From positions 22,196,001 through 22,260,000 of the forward strand of contig OZ024741.1 in NCBI GenBank assembly GCA_964016885.1: 64,000 nt of DNA. Direction: 5' to 3'. The position numbers were made by a program, and so were the translations under genes. This document shows positions 62,101 through 64,000 of the stretch, piece by piece; position 1 is the stretch's first letter, and each line of letters begins with the position of its first letter. Origin of the DNA: Eledone cirrhosa (taxonomy: Eukaryota). The notes beneath the pieces are model-generated. The model made no database searches and was not told the origin of the DNA. It saw only the letters and a list, made by a program, of their open reading frames with translations.

Positions 62101-62750
62101 AGCGTGGATGTGTAATTTAAAAAACAAAATTATGTCCCTGAGACGAATTATCGCACAGATCACTGTAGTTATAAAAGGCAACATAGCGAGCAACTTCACA
62201 CGACACCAGGAAGACGTAAGAAAAAAGCTATAGAGGCGATTTGGCGATACAAGATTTAAAACTCTAAACTCCAAACTACACCAGTTGAAACAATAACTCA
62301 CAGCTGCAACAGAAATACTAAAATATAAGTCAACAGCACATAAACGGCAAGTGCTAAATAGATTATTTGCCAGAGATCCTAAATCAGTTTATCGCAGTTT
62401 GAATAGGAAAAGCTCAATCTCTGTAAATGACAAAAGAACAGGTTGAGAGCTACTGGAGATCTGTATGGGAAACGAATGATGGATTTAACAAACAAACTAA
62501 ATGGCTAAAAGAACTGGATCAGGAATAAGGCCAGCATGTCCAGACAAAACATTATGACATAGATCAGTCAATACAGGAAACAGCTCTACAGAAAATGTTG
62601 AATAGGAAATCACCAGGTCTGGGCCTGGTGATTTCCTATAACAGGATACTGGCTGTAGAATTTCACCTTCTATTGGCAAGATCTCATATGGCTGTTTAGA
62701 GAAACCATCAAAGGCAGACAAGAACTGCCCCTATGGTTATCAACTGCCAC
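59150..62750 (+). mobile_element. R4/Dong-like non-LTR element N-terminal relic, interrupted by RTE copy 3
   Basis: 59190-59356 NKDLYEAYKQSDPQKFGFMQRLK...KHLNKQA; resumes ~61680 with YILLYVSAIT, PAWMCNL, NRLFARDPKSVYRSL, VESYWRSVWE; clade assigned from recalled motifs. Confidence 0.6.
59358..61679 (+). mobile_element. RTE LINE (PHD-bearing family), copy 3, degenerate, with end of APE domain and an internal deletion
   Basis: SQIDYILT, QHSLIVSD, TWWWNSKVEE, FVDLEKAFD, PHD remnant, deletion joining YLGD to SCIK, matching 3' UTR. Confidence 0.9.
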
Positions 62751-62769
62751 TACTCTCTTCTTTTTTAAC

Positions 62770-64000
62770 TCTGTGATGGGGTTTTCAGTATAACTCGCTA
62801 CAACTTGTTTCGTAAAGACCGCATTAATCGTGGTGGTGGTTGTGTAATGGTCTATGTTCGGTCAAATTTGTCGGCAATTCCTTGTGTTGATTTGAACCAA
62901 TCACAGCAGGAAGTATTTTTCTGCGATATACGTATGACCATGTCAACACTGCTACTTGGAGTCGTTTACCGTCCCCCAAATTACCATCAGGACACTCAAC
63001 TTTGTGATATCCTCAGAGTTGCTGCCAGGAAAACAGCCACTTATGTTTTCATTGCAGGAGATTTCAATCACCCTGAGATTGACTGGAAACCTTTCGTTGG
63101 CCACCAAGTGCAAATGACTTCCTTGAGCTAATGCTGGACTCGAATTGGTCCCAAGTAGTCACCTCCCCAACAAGAGGTGACAACACTTTGGATCTAATCT
63201 TCACCACTACTCCTGAAACGGTCATTAGTGTTACTGCTGAGGAACCTTTAGGTGACTCTGATCATGCTATGATCATTGCCAGTCTATCCCTCATAGGCAG
63301 TAACAAGAACCACAACAATCTTCAAACTGCTCACTTTGACTGGAATAAAGCAGACTGGAACTGTTACTGCACCGAGTTGCAATGTCCAAACTGGCTTGAG
63401 TTCTACGACTCTGGAGATGTCAACACTGTACACCAGAACATCCTGAGCTCAATATGGACAGCATGTGCAGCATCGGTGCCATGTAAGCAGAAAAAACATC
63501 CCAAAAGTGCAATTTGGGAGACTGCAGCAGTCAGAAAAGAACGTTGTAATGAAAAGAACGTTGTAATGCTGAATGTGAGTACAAACTCCATAAATCAGAT
63601 ATCAATAGGAAGAGGCGAAATAAATCATCCAACCATCTCAAACAGGTGACAAAAAAGGCAGTGCTTCAATTTGAGCAGCATATAGCAACCAACCCTGACA
63701 GTAAGGTGTTCTGGAAGTATGTTCACTCAAAGCAGAGGCCTCACTCTCCAGTTGGTCCTCTTCACAATCCCCACACAAGCCAGGTTACTGACGACCCCAA
63801 GGAATGCGCAGAGCTCATTGCTGAATGCTATGCAGGCATTTTCACTATTGAAGACCAGAGTGTACCATCTCCACCACCTATGACACCGGATTCTATTACA
63901 ACAATGAAATTTACACCTGCAATGCTGCGATGTCACCTTAAAAATAAACGCAACCATGCCTCTTCTGGTCTTGATGGTGTTACGTACCTGCTTCTCAAAT
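62770..64000 (+). mobile_element. CR1/L2-like LINE ORF2 (APE endonuclease to start of RT), degenerate, runs off window
   Basis: RKDRINRGGG, VVYRPP, AGDFNHPEIDW, PTRGDNTLDLIFT, GDSDH, ASSGLDGV. Confidence 0.88.

Overview
Eukaryotic, repeat-saturated, gene-free window (no host exon can be supported). It is most likely from an octopod cephalopod, inferred from recognition of the tRNA-SINE families, the RTE/Penelope content and the microsatellite load. About 52% of the window is two satellites. The first is a ~23.4 kb array of a 99-bp unit (9423-32873) that is an internal expansion of the coding region of one RTE LINE, whose sequence continues on both flanks. The second is a ~9.9 kb array of a 24-bp unit (48206-58118). 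The rest is nested transposon debris: three copies of an RTE family carrying a PHD-like zinc finger inside the RT, CR1-like LINEs (two with a 61-bp 3' minisatellite), Penelope-like fragments with five hammerhead-ribozyme motifs, CRE-like and R4-like endonuclease relics, two LTR+PBS pieces, two Tc1/mariner-type MITEs, more than 12 SINEs and a 34-nt U2 snRNA fragment. The most interesting signal is that tandem arrays repeatedly arise from retrotransposon ORFs at short inverted repeats, and all four array families carry a GGAG(G)T core on the + strand. Coordinates were read by eye and may be off by a few bases; copy numbers are length divided by unit size.
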